A stretch of DNA of 64,000 bases from Giesbergeria sp. (GCA_034676525.1 JAUCCA010000012.1:417033-481032), one strand, 5' to 3'; numbered from the stretch's first letter, positions 38,778 through 50,602 are shown. Made by a program: numbers and translations. The notes: generated by a model from the letters alone, not told the origin.

Positions 38778-39247
38778 ATCGCACCGCCTTGACCCGCTAT
38801 TTGCTGGCCGCTTCACTTGCCTTGAACGTGGGAATCGTCGCATCACTCGCCCTGCGCACGGCGCCGCCTGGGCCGGTGAACACGGCAGCGCAGCCGGAGC
38901 ACTTGAATCTGCAGGACTACCTGAAACTGAGCCCCGAACAGCGCGCCCGTTGGCAGCAACTGGAGCCCGCGTTTTTGCAGGAGTTGGCCACGAATTGGCA
39001 GGGTATCCGAGGGCACCGCGAGGCCCTCGTTCGGCACATTTTTGCTGAGACTCCGGACCGCGCCGCCATCGACGCCGAACAGACCGCGATTGCCAGCCTG
39101 CAGCAAGCACAGCAGCAGCGCGTGATTGCGCAACTGCTGGCAGAGCGCGGGGTGCTCGACGCGCAGCAGCGCCAGCGTTTGATGAATCTGCTGCTCAACC
39201 GCTACTCGCAAGAGAGTACAGAGGAAGAGCTGCTGCACCGCGATTGA
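38774..39247 (+). CDS. Periplasmic helical sensor (CnrX/CpxP/Spy-like heavy-metal sensor family)
   Basis: LAASLALN anchor, LKLSPEQR, PDRAAID and LDAQQRQRL. Confidence 0.75.
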   Translation: MNRTALTRYLLAASLALNVGIVASLALRTAPPGPVNTAAQPEHLNLQDYLKLSPEQRARWQQLEPAFLQELATNWQGIRGHREALVRHIFAETPDRAAIDAEQTAIASLQQAQQQRVIAQLLAERGVLDAQQRQRLMNLLLNRYSQESTEEELLHRD

Positions 39248-39277
39248 TCGCCCTGGTGAGGCAATCGAAAGAAAAAG

Positions 39278-39304
39278 GGAACATTCTGCGACGAGCTTCG
39301 TTGA
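39278..39304 (+). promoter_or_regulatory. ECF-sigma promoter (target gene)
   Basis: GGAAC-N16-CGTTGA, 64 nt upstream of ATG 39368. Confidence 0.65.
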
Positions 39305-39367
39305 AGACATCAAGGCAGCCGAAATGGCTGGCCCCCAAAACCCTTCAATCACCAACGGAGTCTCTTC

Positions 39368-39847
39368 ATGAAATCCCCCCTCGTTCTTCTGCTTGCCGTC
39401 GCACTGTCGTCTCCCTTCGCTGCGCTGGCCGCTAACGACGCGCACGACCATGGCAAGTCCAGCCCCCACAAGCTTGAGCTCAACGCCGGCAAAAAATGGG
39501 GCACCGACGATGCGCTGCGCCAAGCGATGTCGAGCATTCGCACGTCTGTCTCGCAGATCCTGCCCACAGCCCACTCGGGCAAGGCAAAGGCCGCCGATTA
39601 CGGCGCCTTCAGTAAGGACATCAACGCACAGGTCGCCTACATCGTGGAGAACTGCAAGCTCGAACCGGCGGCAGACGAACAGCTGCACATCATCGTTGCC
39701 GACCTGATGAGCGGCGCGGACGCAGCCGAAGGCAAAGAGGGCGAGAAGCAGCGCGCATCAGGCGTTGTCAAGGTCGCCCAGGCGGCCAACGCCTATGGCA
39801 AACACTTCGACCACACCGGATGGAAAGCCATCAAGCTGCCGCACTGA
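39368..39847 (+). CDS. Exported His-containing helical protein resembling the DnrO family
   Basis: Signal peptide, HDH, LELNAGKKWGTDDALR, YIVENCKLEPAADEQLH and YGKHFDH. Family recognised from memory only. Confidence 0.65.
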   Translation: MKSPLVLLLAVALSSPFAALAANDAHDHGKSSPHKLELNAGKKWGTDDALRQAMSSIRTSVSQILPTAHSGKAKAADYGAFSKDINAQVAYIVENCKLEPAADEQLHIIVADLMSGADAAEGKEGEKQRASGVVKVAQAANAYGKHFDHTGWKAIKLPH

Positions 39848-39926
39848 GAACCAACGTTCGTTGAAAGCTTGCCCGCACTTGTGTGCGCGGCAAGACGAAT
39901 TCCAATCCCAAAAGCAGGTACCTGTC

Positions 39927-40217
39927 ATGTTCATCGTCATCATTGATTTCCCACCCATCCAGCCCGGCAAGGATGCGGATTTTCGAGCGTGGTTTGTGGA
40001 GAGCAACGAGGAGTTTGGAAAGCACGAGGGCTTCATCAGCCGGCGGCTCTTAAGCCCTGTCAACGGCGGCAACTATGCTGCCATCGTGGAGCATGAGAGC
40101 CATGACACCTTCATGAAGATGCACAGCACCCCTGAGCATGCACAAGCGAGCGAGCGTGTCGCGCCGCTGTTTGATGGCAAGCGGACGCCTCGGTTCTTCG
40201 ATGTGCTGATCGGTTGA
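39927..40217 (+). CDS. Antibiotic biosynthesis monooxygenase (ABM/IsdG-like) domain protein
   Basis: 96 aa; PGKDADF...EGFISRRLL...HESHDTF...HSTPEH. Confidence 0.75.
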   Translation: MFIVIIDFPPIQPGKDADFRAWFVESNEEFGKHEGFISRRLLSPVNGGNYAAIVEHESHDTFMKMHSTPEHAQASERVAPLFDGKRTPRFFDVLIG

Positions 40218-40412
40218 GGTAGGAAGCCAGCTTGCTCAGGCAAGTGGCATCGATAGAGCTGCGCGAAGCGCAGCTTCCTGGACCTCTACGGATGCGACCT
40301 CTGGCATCAAGGATGCGCTAATCCTCGACTTCAGCGGCCATGAGGCTGCCAGGTGACACGGCATCGCCCAGTTTTCTCAGCGGGCATCGGCGTGCGCCGC
40401 TTAAGACGCGAA

Positions 40413-41309
40413 TCAGTCGCCCACCGCGTCCGGTGCTTTTGGTGCTTTTGGTGCTTCTGGTGCTTCTGGTGCAGCAGGCTCCGCCGCAACTTCCGCCGCC
40501 GCATCCGCAGCCGCCTGCGCCGCCGCCAACCGCGAACGCGCACTGACCACCGAGCGCGTCACCGCCCGCACATCCATGCCATACATATCCGCAAAAGCTT
40601 CCACGCTCTTGCCACTGGCCTCATAGGTCCGCAGCAGGGCTTCGTCCTTGGCGGCGCGCTCGGCCAGTTCGGCAAAGGCTTCATCCAGCACCGCATTCGC
40701 CGCGTCGTCGCGCGTGCGCACGCGCTCGGCGTAGTCCTCACGGGTGAGGCCGCTGGCGTCGATGTTGTCGACGATGCGGGCGCGCAGGCGGGGCAGCAGA
40801 TCGTCTTGGCCACGGCCCTGGCGGCGCTTGTAGACCTCAACCAGCGCGTGGTGCACATGCTCGGGCGCCATGGCTTCCACTGGCTGGCCTTGCAAATCGT
40901 GGCGCTGCTGGCCGGCTGCCACCGCCTGCAGATAGCGCGTGGAGCGGGTGTGGATGGCCAGCGCCTGCTTGAGCGCGTCTTTCTCAAACGCCTCGGGGTG
41001 CGCGGCCATCAGGTCTTGGAAGATGCCGCGCTTGAGCGGGCGAAACACCGCGCCAAAGAGCGGTGGATAGAGCGCGGCCAACTGCTCCAGCGCCGGCGGC
41101 ACGGGGCGCGGCGCTCGGCGCTGGGACGCGTCGGCGCCAGGGGCTGGTGCATTGCCGCCTGCGCGCTCGCCACGGCCACGGCCGCCGCGGGCTTTGCGGG
41201 CGGGGGGCTGCGTGGCAGCGGCGCCGTCCCCGGCGTTCTGCGCCTGCGGCACTGGCTCGGCAGCGGGCGTCAGGTCTTGGGACTCAGCGGGAGCAGCGTT
41301 CTCGGTCAT
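40413..41309 (-). CDS. proQ: ProQ/FinO-family RNA chaperone
   Basis: RPLKRGIFQDL, LAIHTRSTRYL and RHDLQG; low-complexity termini. Confidence 0.85.
   Translation of the reverse strand: MTENAAPAESQDLTPAAEPVPQAQNAGDGAAATQPPARKARGGRGRGERAGGNAPAPGADASQRRAPRPVPPALEQLAALYPPLFGAVFRPLKRGIFQDLMAAHPEAFEKDALKQALAIHTRSTRYLQAVAAGQQRHDLQGQPVEAMAPEHVHHALVEVYKRRQGRGQDDLLPRLRARIVDNIDASGLTREDYAERVRTRDDAANAVLDEAFAELAERAAKDEALLRTYEASGKSVEAFADMYGMDVRAVTRSVVSARSRLAAAQAAADAAAEVAAEPAAPEAPEAPKAPKAPDAVGD
40432..40472. repeat. 9-bp tandem repeat (GGTGCTTYT x ~4.5) encoding the (A-P-E/K)n tail of ProQ
   Basis: Read directly from the sequence. Confidence 0.85.
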
Positions 41310-41368
41310 GGCAGTCGGCGTTGGGAAAAACCCCCGATCATGCCAGTGTGCGCAATTGCCTTTGCGTT

Positions 41369-42919
<1,551 letters not shown>

Positions 42920-43031
42920 GAGCGGTTTTCTCCCCATTGCGGTGCATCGCCGGTCGCTCGCCCGGTCGCTGCGGGCGGCGTTGTGGTCTGCGAGCGCCTG
43001 TTTTTCCGAGCATGCCACAGGAAAACCCGTG

Positions 43032-43048
43032 TTGGCACGCTCCCTGCT
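43032..43048 (+). promoter_or_regulatory. Sigma-54 (-24/-12) promoter of the porin-glnK-amtB operon
   Basis: TTGGCACGCTCCCTGCT with GG-N10-GC spacing. Confidence 0.75.
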
Positions 43049-43087
43049 AAGAAGGTTTGTCCCAAATTTTCAGCACTCGGAGGATTT

Positions 43088-44171
<1,084 letters not shown>

Positions 44172-44205
44172 CCGCCTGCCCTTCCACCCCACTGAGAACA
44201 CCACC

Positions 44206-45630
44206 ATGAAAAAACTCCTTGCCTCCCTGGTTCTGGGGCTGAGCGTACTGATGTTGTCCCCGCTGGCGCTGGCCCAAGCCTCGGCGACACCGGAAGCCAC
44301 GGCCAGCGCGCCGGTAGCGGCGCCTGCCACACCCCTTGCCATGCCCGCAAACGCTGGCAGTACGGTGGACGCCGATGCCGCGGCGGCCTCGACGCCTCCG
44401 CCCAAACTCGATTCGGGCGACACCGCCTGGATGCTCACCTCCACCCTGCTGGTCATCCTGATGGTGATCCCCGGCTTGGCATTGTTCTACGGGGGCTTGG
44501 CGCGCTCGAAGAACATGCTGTCGGTGCTGGTGCAGGTGTTCGTGATCTTTGCGCTGATCACCGTGCTCTGGGCCGTGTACGGCTACAGCCTGACCTTTGG
44601 CGGCGAGGGGCAGTTCTTTGGCGGCGCCGACAAGCTCTTCCTCAAGGGAATTGCGCCGGACACCCTTTCGACCTTGCTGCCGACGATTCCTGAGTACGTA
44701 TTTGTCGCCTTCCAGTCGACGTTCGCCGCCATCACCGTCGCGCTGATCGTCGGTTCGTTTGCCGAACGCATGAAGTTTGCCGCGGTGTTGGTTTTTGCCG
44801 TGCTGTGGTTCACCCTGAGCTACATCCCCATAGCCCACATGGTCTGGGGGGGCGGGCTTTTGGCCAAGGACGGGGCGCTCGACTTTGCCGGCGGCACCGT
44901 GGTGCACATCAACGCGGGCATGGCCGGCTTGGTGGGTGCGTACATGGTCGGCCAGCGTATTGGTTTTGGCAAAGAGGCGCTCACGCCGCACAGCCTGACA
45001 CTGACCATGGTGGGCGCGTCGCTCCTGTGGGTGGGCTGGTTTGGCTTCAACGCGGGCTCGGCCGGTGCGGCCAACGGGACGGCCGGTCTGGCGTTCATCA
45101 ACACCACACTGGCGACCGCCGCCGCCACGTTGTCTTGGCTGGCTGGAGAAGCGCTGCACAAAGGCAAGGCGTCGATGCTGGGCGCGGCCTCCGGCGCCGT
45201 GGCGGGCCTGGTGGCCGTCACGCCGGCTGCGGGCTTCGTCGGCCCGATGGGCTCCATCGTGCTCGGACTGATCGCGGGTGTGGTCTGCCTGTGGGGCGTG
45301 GGCGGCCTGAAAAAGCTGCTGGGCGCCGACGATGCGTTTGACGTATTTGGCGTGCACGGCGTGGGCGGCATCGTGGGCGCCATCCTCACCGGCGTGTTCG
45401 CAGCGCAGGGGCTGGGCGGCACCGGCGGGCTCACGCCCGACAGTTTTGCCATCGGCGCGCAGGTGTGGATTCAGTGCAAGAGCGTGTTGATGACGCTGGT
45501 GTGGTCGGGTGTGGCCGCCTTCATCAGTTACAAGATCGCCGACCTTCTGGTGGGGCTGCGGGTGACGGAAGAGGCCGAGCGCGAGGGCCTGGACATCACC
45601 TCGCACGGCGAGACGGCCTACAGCCGCTAA
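44206..45630 (+). CDS. amtB: Ammonium transporter
   Basis: GDTAWML, FQSTFAAIT, DFAGGTVVHIN, WFGFNAGS and VFGVHG. Confidence 0.97.
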   Translation: MKKLLASLVLGLSVLMLSPLALAQASATPEATASAPVAAPATPLAMPANAGSTVDADAAAASTPPPKLDSGDTAWMLTSTLLVILMVIPGLALFYGGLARSKNMLSVLVQVFVIFALITVLWAVYGYSLTFGGEGQFFGGADKLFLKGIAPDTLSTLLPTIPEYVFVAFQSTFAAITVALIVGSFAERMKFAAVLVFAVLWFTLSYIPIAHMVWGGGLLAKDGALDFAGGTVVHINAGMAGLVGAYMVGQRIGFGKEALTPHSLTLTMVGASLLWVGWFGFNAGSAGAANGTAGLAFINTTLATAAATLSWLAGEALHKGKASMLGAASGAVAGLVAVTPAAGFVGPMGSIVLGLIAGVVCLWGVGGLKKLLGADDAFDVFGVHGVGGIVGAILTGVFAAQGLGGTGGLTPDSFAIGAQVWIQCKSVLMTLVWSGVAAFISYKIADLLVGLRVTEEAEREGLDITSHGETAYSR

Positions 45631-45654
45631 GCGCCTGGTGCAATCGCACCTTGC

Positions 45655-45682
45655 AAGCCCGCCTTTCGAGGCGGGCTTTTTT
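45655..45682 (+). terminator. Rho-independent terminator after amtB
   Basis: AAGCCCGCCT-TTCG-AGGCGGGCTT followed by a T-run. Confidence 0.9.
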
Positions 45683-45738
45683 CTATGGGCGGCGTTGCGA
45701 GAATAATGGACCGCTCCACAAACTTTGAGAGGCAAGCC

Positions 45739-46707
45739 ATGGCATGGCGCGTATTGGGCAGCCACCTCTGCGAACTGGGCGAATCGCCGTTCTGGCAGGC
45801 GGGCGACAGCCGCTTGTACTGGGTCGACATCGCTGGCCGGGCGGCCTTGCGCGCCGACCCGGCCACCGGCGCCACCGACCACTGGCCGCTGCCAGACGAG
45901 CCCGGCTGCATGGCCCCCGCGCGAACGGCGGGCCTAGCCAGCGGCTGGGTGCTGGCAATGCGCAGCGGCATTTACCGCGCGTGGCAGTGGGGCGGCGCGC
46001 TAGAACGCATTGCCCAGCTCCCGTACGACCCCGCGCACGAGCGCGCCAACGACGGCAAGTGCGACCCATTCGGGCGCTTCTGGGTGGGCACGCGCGACGA
46101 ACGGCCCAGCGCCAGTGCGGGCCATGGCCAGGCGGCCATGTACTGCATTGATGCGCGCTCTGGCCCGGCGCAGGTGCAGCGCATGTGGGGGGGCGCCGGC
46201 ACGCTCAACGGGCTGGCCTGGTCGCCCGACCAGCGCACGCTGTACGCGACAGACACGCCGACGCACCGAATCGAAGCGCGCGACTGGGACGGCGCCAGCG
46301 GCGCGCCCGGCCCGGCACGGCCCCTCCACCAGTTCGCCCCAAAGCCCACCGGTTGGGCGCCCGGTGCCGGGGGCTACGGCGGACGCCCCGACGGCGCCGC
46401 TGTAGACGTAGAAGGCAACTACTGGTGCGCGATGTACGAAGGCGGCCGCGTGCTGCAGCTCTCACCGGCAGGGGAAATCCTGCGTGAGCTCGCCACTCCG
46501 CTCGCCTGCCCGACCATGGTGTGCTTGGGCGGCCCGGACCTGCGCACGCTCTACGTCACCAGCGCGCGCCATGGCCGGCCAGCAGCGGAATTGGCGCGCA
46601 CGCCGCTCGCCGGCCAGGTGCTGGTGCTGGAAGCACCGACCGACGTGCCCGGTCTACCCGTCAATGCGTTTCAGGAAGCCGTACAGGCTCCGGGTGAAAG
46701 CCAATGA
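45739..46707 (+). CDS. SMP-30/gluconolactonase/LRE family protein
   Basis: LGESPFW, RANDGKCDPFGRFW, NGLAWSPD and RPDGAAVD. Confidence 0.92.
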   Translation: MAWRVLGSHLCELGESPFWQAGDSRLYWVDIAGRAALRADPATGATDHWPLPDEPGCMAPARTAGLASGWVLAMRSGIYRAWQWGGALERIAQLPYDPAHERANDGKCDPFGRFWVGTRDERPSASAGHGQAAMYCIDARSGPAQVQRMWGGAGTLNGLAWSPDQRTLYATDTPTHRIEARDWDGASGAPGPARPLHQFAPKPTGWAPGAGGYGGRPDGAAVDVEGNYWCAMYEGGRVLQLSPAGEILRELATPLACPTMVCLGGPDLRTLYVTSARHGRPAAELARTPLAGQVLVLEAPTDVPGLPVNAFQEAVQAPGESQ

Positions 46708-46721
46708 AAACGCAAAAAACG

Positions 46722-46764
46722 ATAGCTGCTTGCGCAATATTGACGGGCGTTAGAGGCCAGTTTT
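46722..46764 (+). repeat. REP-like repeat, copy 4 (degenerate)
   Basis: ATAGCTGCTTGCGCAATATTGACGGGCGTTAGAGGCC. Confidence 0.7.
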
Positions 46765-46849
46765 ATTCGAAATTTGAAACTAGCCAACGTCCTCTGCTGC
46801 GCAGTGGTCGAATGCCATCGCAGCGCACGGCTGCAGCGCATCCCGCACT

Positions 46850-47080
46850 ATGGGCGCGCTGACTTTTCAAGCCGTCAATGAGGGCGTGGTGGCCGTGCAC
46901 CTTGCGAGCGGCGAACCCGTGGGCCACCTCAAGCGCATCGGCGGCGTCTGGAAATTCAAGGCCATGGGCTACGAGGAGGGCAGCCTGGTACCCGGCGGCG
47001 GGCCGCTTACCCACCGACACAACCGAGTCTTCGCCCTATTGGATGAAGACAGCATCACCGCGGACCTGCTGGAAACCTAG
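46850..47080 (+). CDS. Small hypothetical protein (76 aa)
   Basis: Protein-like composition (GHLKRIGGVWKFKA); no family recognised. Confidence 0.55.
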   Translation: MGALTFQAVNEGVVAVHLASGEPVGHLKRIGGVWKFKAMGYEEGSLVPGGGPLTHRHNRVFALLDEDSITADLLET

Positions 47081-47241
47081 GGCAATGCTGAACAAGCCCC
47101 CCACACGCCGCACATCCGCGCTTCGGGCGGCCTGCTGCGTTGCAAATCCTCGTCATAGCTGCGGCTATGACTGCGGTTTGCGCCTTGCATCCCATCCCGA
47201 CGCGCGGCGCGCGTCATCGCGGTGACTTATTCAGCATCGCC
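47081..47241. mobile_element. 161-bp MITE-like element with 16-bp terminal inverted repeats
   Basis: GGCAATGCTGAACAAG ... CTTATTCAGCATCGCC (14/16 match); internal hairpin GTCATAGC-TGCG-GCTATGAC; no ORF. Confidence 0.65.
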
Positions 47242-47381
47242 TTAACTTCATCGGCTGCTGGAGGCGGGCCAGCTGCTCTGGTGGCCCACCCAAACGTCTG
47301 GCGGCTGCCTACAAGGCGCAGGGCGCAGCGCGGTTGTGATGGGGCTCTGCTGCAACCCCGCCACACAACCGCCTTTGCTCC

Positions 47382-48527
47382 ATGACTGCAACCACCACTG
47401 TCACCCCTGCTGGCCAGCGCTTGCCCGGCGGACTGGTGTACGTCACTCCCGACTTGCCCGGCCTGCGCCGGGTACGCCGCGGCAAAGCCTTTGCCTACCG
47501 CCTGCCCGATGGCAGTTGGCTGCGCGACGCAGAAGAATCTCGCCGCATCGCCCAGCTGGCTATTCCGCCGGCCTATCAGGAAGTGTGGATTTGCCCACTG
47601 GCGAATGGCCATTTGCAGGCCACAGGGCTTGACGCGCGCGGCCGGCGCCAGTACCGCTACCACCCCGACTGGCGGCGCCTGCGCGATGGCGACAAGTTCG
47701 AACGCATGCGCGCGTTTGGCGAGGCGCTGCCCCGCATCCGGGCACGAGTCGCGCGGGACTTGGCGCCCAAGCGCGGTCAAACGCTTACGCGAACCCTTGT
47801 GCTGGCGACCATCGTGCGGCTGCTCGACACCACCTACCTGCGTGTGGGCAATGAGGAATACGCCGTCAGCAACCGGTCTTACGGCCTGACGACTTTGCGC
47901 ACGCGCCATGCCGATGTACGCGGCAGCACCTTGCAGCTGCAGTTTCGCGGCAAGAGCGGTGTGCAGCAGAGTGCCACATTGGACGACCCGCGCGTCGCGC
48001 GCGTGGTGCGCCGGTGCCAGCAGCTGCCCGGGCAAGAGCTGTTCCAGTACCTGGACGAAGACGGCACGCCACATTCGCTCGGCTCCAGCGATGTGAACGA
48101 CTACCTGCGGGAAATTGCCGCCCCTGCACGCGCGTCCAAACAGTCGATTCGCGCGCGCGGCGGAACCAGTGAACCCGCGCACTTCACCGCCAAGGACTTT
48201 CGCACCTGGCACGGCAGTGTGCAGGCGCTGGAATTGACCCGCCTGGCCTGCACCCATAACGCCACGGAAGACGGGCCCACGACCAGTGCACGCGACATAT
48301 TGGTGGAGGTCGCCAAGCAGCTGGGCAACACGCCAGCCGTGTGCAAGAAGGCGTACATCCACCCTGCGGTGCTGGAACTGGGCGCGCGACTGGCATCCGA
48401 CGCCGGCCCCGATATGCAGCGCGTGTGGCAACGCATCGGAACCGCCGCATCGCCCCGCGGTCTGAGCGCGGCCGAGCGGCGCTTCCTCACGTTCTTGCGC
48501 CGGCCGCCGCGGCGGCAAGCGCGCTGA
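47382..48527 (+). CDS. Bacterial type IB DNA topoisomerase
   Basis: GLDARGRRQYRYH, LRVGNEEY, FRGKSG, KDFRTW and LGNTPAVCKKAYIHP (catalytic Tyr). Confidence 0.92.
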   Translation: MTATTTVTPAGQRLPGGLVYVTPDLPGLRRVRRGKAFAYRLPDGSWLRDAEESRRIAQLAIPPAYQEVWICPLANGHLQATGLDARGRRQYRYHPDWRRLRDGDKFERMRAFGEALPRIRARVARDLAPKRGQTLTRTLVLATIVRLLDTTYLRVGNEEYAVSNRSYGLTTLRTRHADVRGSTLQLQFRGKSGVQQSATLDDPRVARVVRRCQQLPGQELFQYLDEDGTPHSLGSSDVNDYLREIAAPARASKQSIRARGGTSEPAHFTAKDFRTWHGSVQALELTRLACTHNATEDGPTTSARDILVEVAKQLGNTPAVCKKAYIHPAVLELGARLASDAGPDMQRVWQRIGTAASPRGLSAAERRFLTFLRRPPRRQAR

Positions 48528-48663
48528 TTGAAGCGGGGCGCTTGCCGCCACCGCGCCCGAGAAGCCTTAACGCCCAGCGGTTCAAAGGGGGCCACCATCC
48601 ATCGCCGGCGCTCACAACTTGCATGCAGAAAATTCACGCCCTCTCGGTGGGGCTGGGCTTACC

Positions 48664-49782
48664 ATGGCTGCCATGGAAAGTGCCCTCTCCGAACTCATAG
48701 CCCGCGTAAGCGACGCAAGCGCCCAGGCCACACCGCTGCAGATTTGCGGCGGCGGCAGCAAAGCTTTTCTCGACCAGACCACACCGCGCGGCGAGCTGCT
48801 TAGCACCCGCGGCATCACTGGCATCGTCAGTTACGAGCCCAGCGAACTGGTTGTCACTGCGCGCGCTGGCACTCCGCTGGCAGAGCTGGAGGCCGCCTTG
48901 ACTGAGCAGAACCAAACCCTGCCGTTTGAACCACCACACTTTGGGCCCGGGGCCACCGTGGGTGGCATGGTGGCCGCAGGGCTGTCGGGCCCGGCACGCG
49001 CCAGCGTGGGTGCGGTGCGCGACTTCATGCTGGGGGTCACCATCGTCAACGGGCGGGGCGAGCTCCTTGTGTTCGGTGGGCAGGTGATGAAGAACGTCGC
49101 CGGCTACGACGTCTCGCGCCTGATGGCGGGCAGCTGGGGGACGCTGGGGGTGATCACCGAGGTCAGCCTGAAGGTGCTGCCAGTGGCCCCCGCCGAGGCG
49201 ACGCTGGCTTTTGAATGCAGCCAAGCCGAGGCGCTCGACCGACTTAATGCCTGGGGCGGGCAGCCCCTGCCGCTCAATGCCAGTTGCTGGGTTGAAGACG
49301 AAGGCGCGGGGCGTTTGTACCTGCGCCTGCGTGGCGCTGCTGCCGCTGTTGAGGCGGCTTGCCGCAGCATGGGGGGCGAGCGCAAGCCCAACGCCGAGGT
49401 GGCGGCCGATTGGCAGGCCTGCCGCGAACAGCGCCTACCGTGGTTTGCCGCACGTGCGCCGCAGCATGCGCTGTGGCGCCTTTCGGTGCCGCAGTCGGCG
49501 CCGGAGTTGCAGCTCCCTGCCGGCGTGGCGCCGCCGCTCGTCGAATGGCACGGTGGTCTGCGCTGGGTGCAGGCGGGCAGGGAGCACGGCCCCGCCCTGC
49601 AGAAGCTGGCCCAGGATGTGGGCGGAACCGCTTCTCTATTCATAGCTGATAGCGCTTATACAGAAAGCGCTGCAGGCCAATTTGACCAAATATCGCCTGC
49701 GCTGAGCCAGATCCATACGCGGCTGCGCCAAGCCTTCGATCCGGCAGGCATCTTCAATCCCGGCCGCATGGGCGGGTGCTAA
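48664..49782 (+). CDS. glcE: Glycolate oxidase FAD-binding subunit
   Basis: YEPSELVVTARAGTPL, FGGQVMKNVAGYDVSRL and FDPAGIFNPGR. Confidence 0.95.
   Translation: MAAMESALSELIARVSDASAQATPLQICGGGSKAFLDQTTPRGELLSTRGITGIVSYEPSELVVTARAGTPLAELEAALTEQNQTLPFEPPHFGPGATVGGMVAAGLSGPARASVGAVRDFMLGVTIVNGRGELLVFGGQVMKNVAGYDVSRLMAGSWGTLGVITEVSLKVLPVAPAEATLAFECSQAEALDRLNAWGGQPLPLNASCWVEDEGAGRLYLRLRGAAAAVEAACRSMGGERKPNAEVAADWQACREQRLPWFAARAPQHALWRLSVPQSAPELQLPAGVAPPLVEWHGGLRWVQAGREHGPALQKLAQDVGGTASLFIADSAYTESAAGQFDQISPALSQIHTRLRQAFDPAGIFNPGRMGGC
49642..49684 (+). repeat. REP-like repeat, copy 5, in frame inside glcE
   Basis: ATAGCTGATAGCGCTTATACAGAAAGCGCTGCAGGCCAATTTG encodes IADSAYTESAAGQF. Confidence 0.78.
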
Positions 49783-49786
49783 CGCC

Positions 49787-50581
49787 GTGCGCCGGTTTCG
49801 TCGCCTGACCGACCAGCACCGCACAGGCATCTACAACTGGCGCCTGGGGCTGCTGCTGGCCTTCAATGCCGGCGCGATCAATGCAGGGGGCTTTCTCGTG
49901 GTGCAGCTGTACACCTCGCATATGACGGGCTTTGTCTCGATGCTGGCCGACAACCTGGTGCTCGGCAACACGGTGCTGGTGCTGAGCGCCATTGGCGCCT
50001 TGCTGGCGTTTATCAGCGGTGCGGCGCTCACAGCCATTTTGGTGAACTGGGCGCGCCAGTACCGGCTGCATGGCAGCTACGCCTTGCCGTTGGTGGTGCT
50101 ATCGCTGCTGATGCTGGTGTTCGGGCTGGTTGGCGCGGTGACGCTCGACTGGAAAACGCCGTTTGCGGTGCCAGTCACGGTGTTGCTGCTGTCTTTCATG
50201 ATGGGGCTGCAGAACGCCACGATCAGCAAAATGTCGTCCTCCGAGATCCGCACCACGCACATGACCGGCATCGTTACCGATCTGGGCATGGAGCTGGGCA
50301 AGCTCGTGTACTGGAACCGCGGCGGCAGGCCGCCAGAGCAGCAGGTGCGCGCCAACCGCCAGCGCCTAAGCCTTTTCTCCAGCCTGCTGGGCGCGTTCTT
50401 GCTGGGCGGCGTGGCCGGCGCTTCCGCATTCAAGCATGTGGGCTTTGTGTTCGTGGTGCCGCTCGCGCTAGTGCTGCTCGCCCTGGCCTTGCCGCCGCTG
50501 TGGATCGACCGCTCCCGCCTGCGCACCATGCTGCGGCGCGGCGCAAAAACCGAGCCCACCCCTCCCGCCCAGAGTTCCTGA
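49787..50581 (+). CDS. YoaK/DUF1275 family membrane protein
   Basis: FNAGAINA, YTSHMTG, MGLQNA and RTTHMTG. Confidence 0.88.
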   Translation: MRRFRRLTDQHRTGIYNWRLGLLLAFNAGAINAGGFLVVQLYTSHMTGFVSMLADNLVLGNTVLVLSAIGALLAFISGAALTAILVNWARQYRLHGSYALPLVVLSLLMLVFGLVGAVTLDWKTPFAVPVTVLLLSFMMGLQNATISKMSSSEIRTTHMTGIVTDLGMELGKLVYWNRGGRPPEQQVRANRQRLSLFSSLLGAFLLGGVAGASAFKHVGFVFVVPLALVLLALALPPLWIDRSRLRTMLRRGAKTEPTPPAQSS

Positions 50582-50602
50582 ATTCCGTTCACCTCGACCA
50601 CC

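Noticed and set aside
39857-39865. Third ECF promoter (TTCGTTGAA) before the ABM gene
   Set aside because: No GGAAC at the 16-nt spacing.
40257-40275. 8-bp hairpin AGCTGCGC-GAA-GCGCAGCT
   Set aside because: Plausible terminator between convergent genes, but no clear T-tail and no other copies seen.
40331-40546. ORFs with QKH or CFW repeats
   Set aside because: Alternative readings of the 9-bp repeat in the proQ tail.
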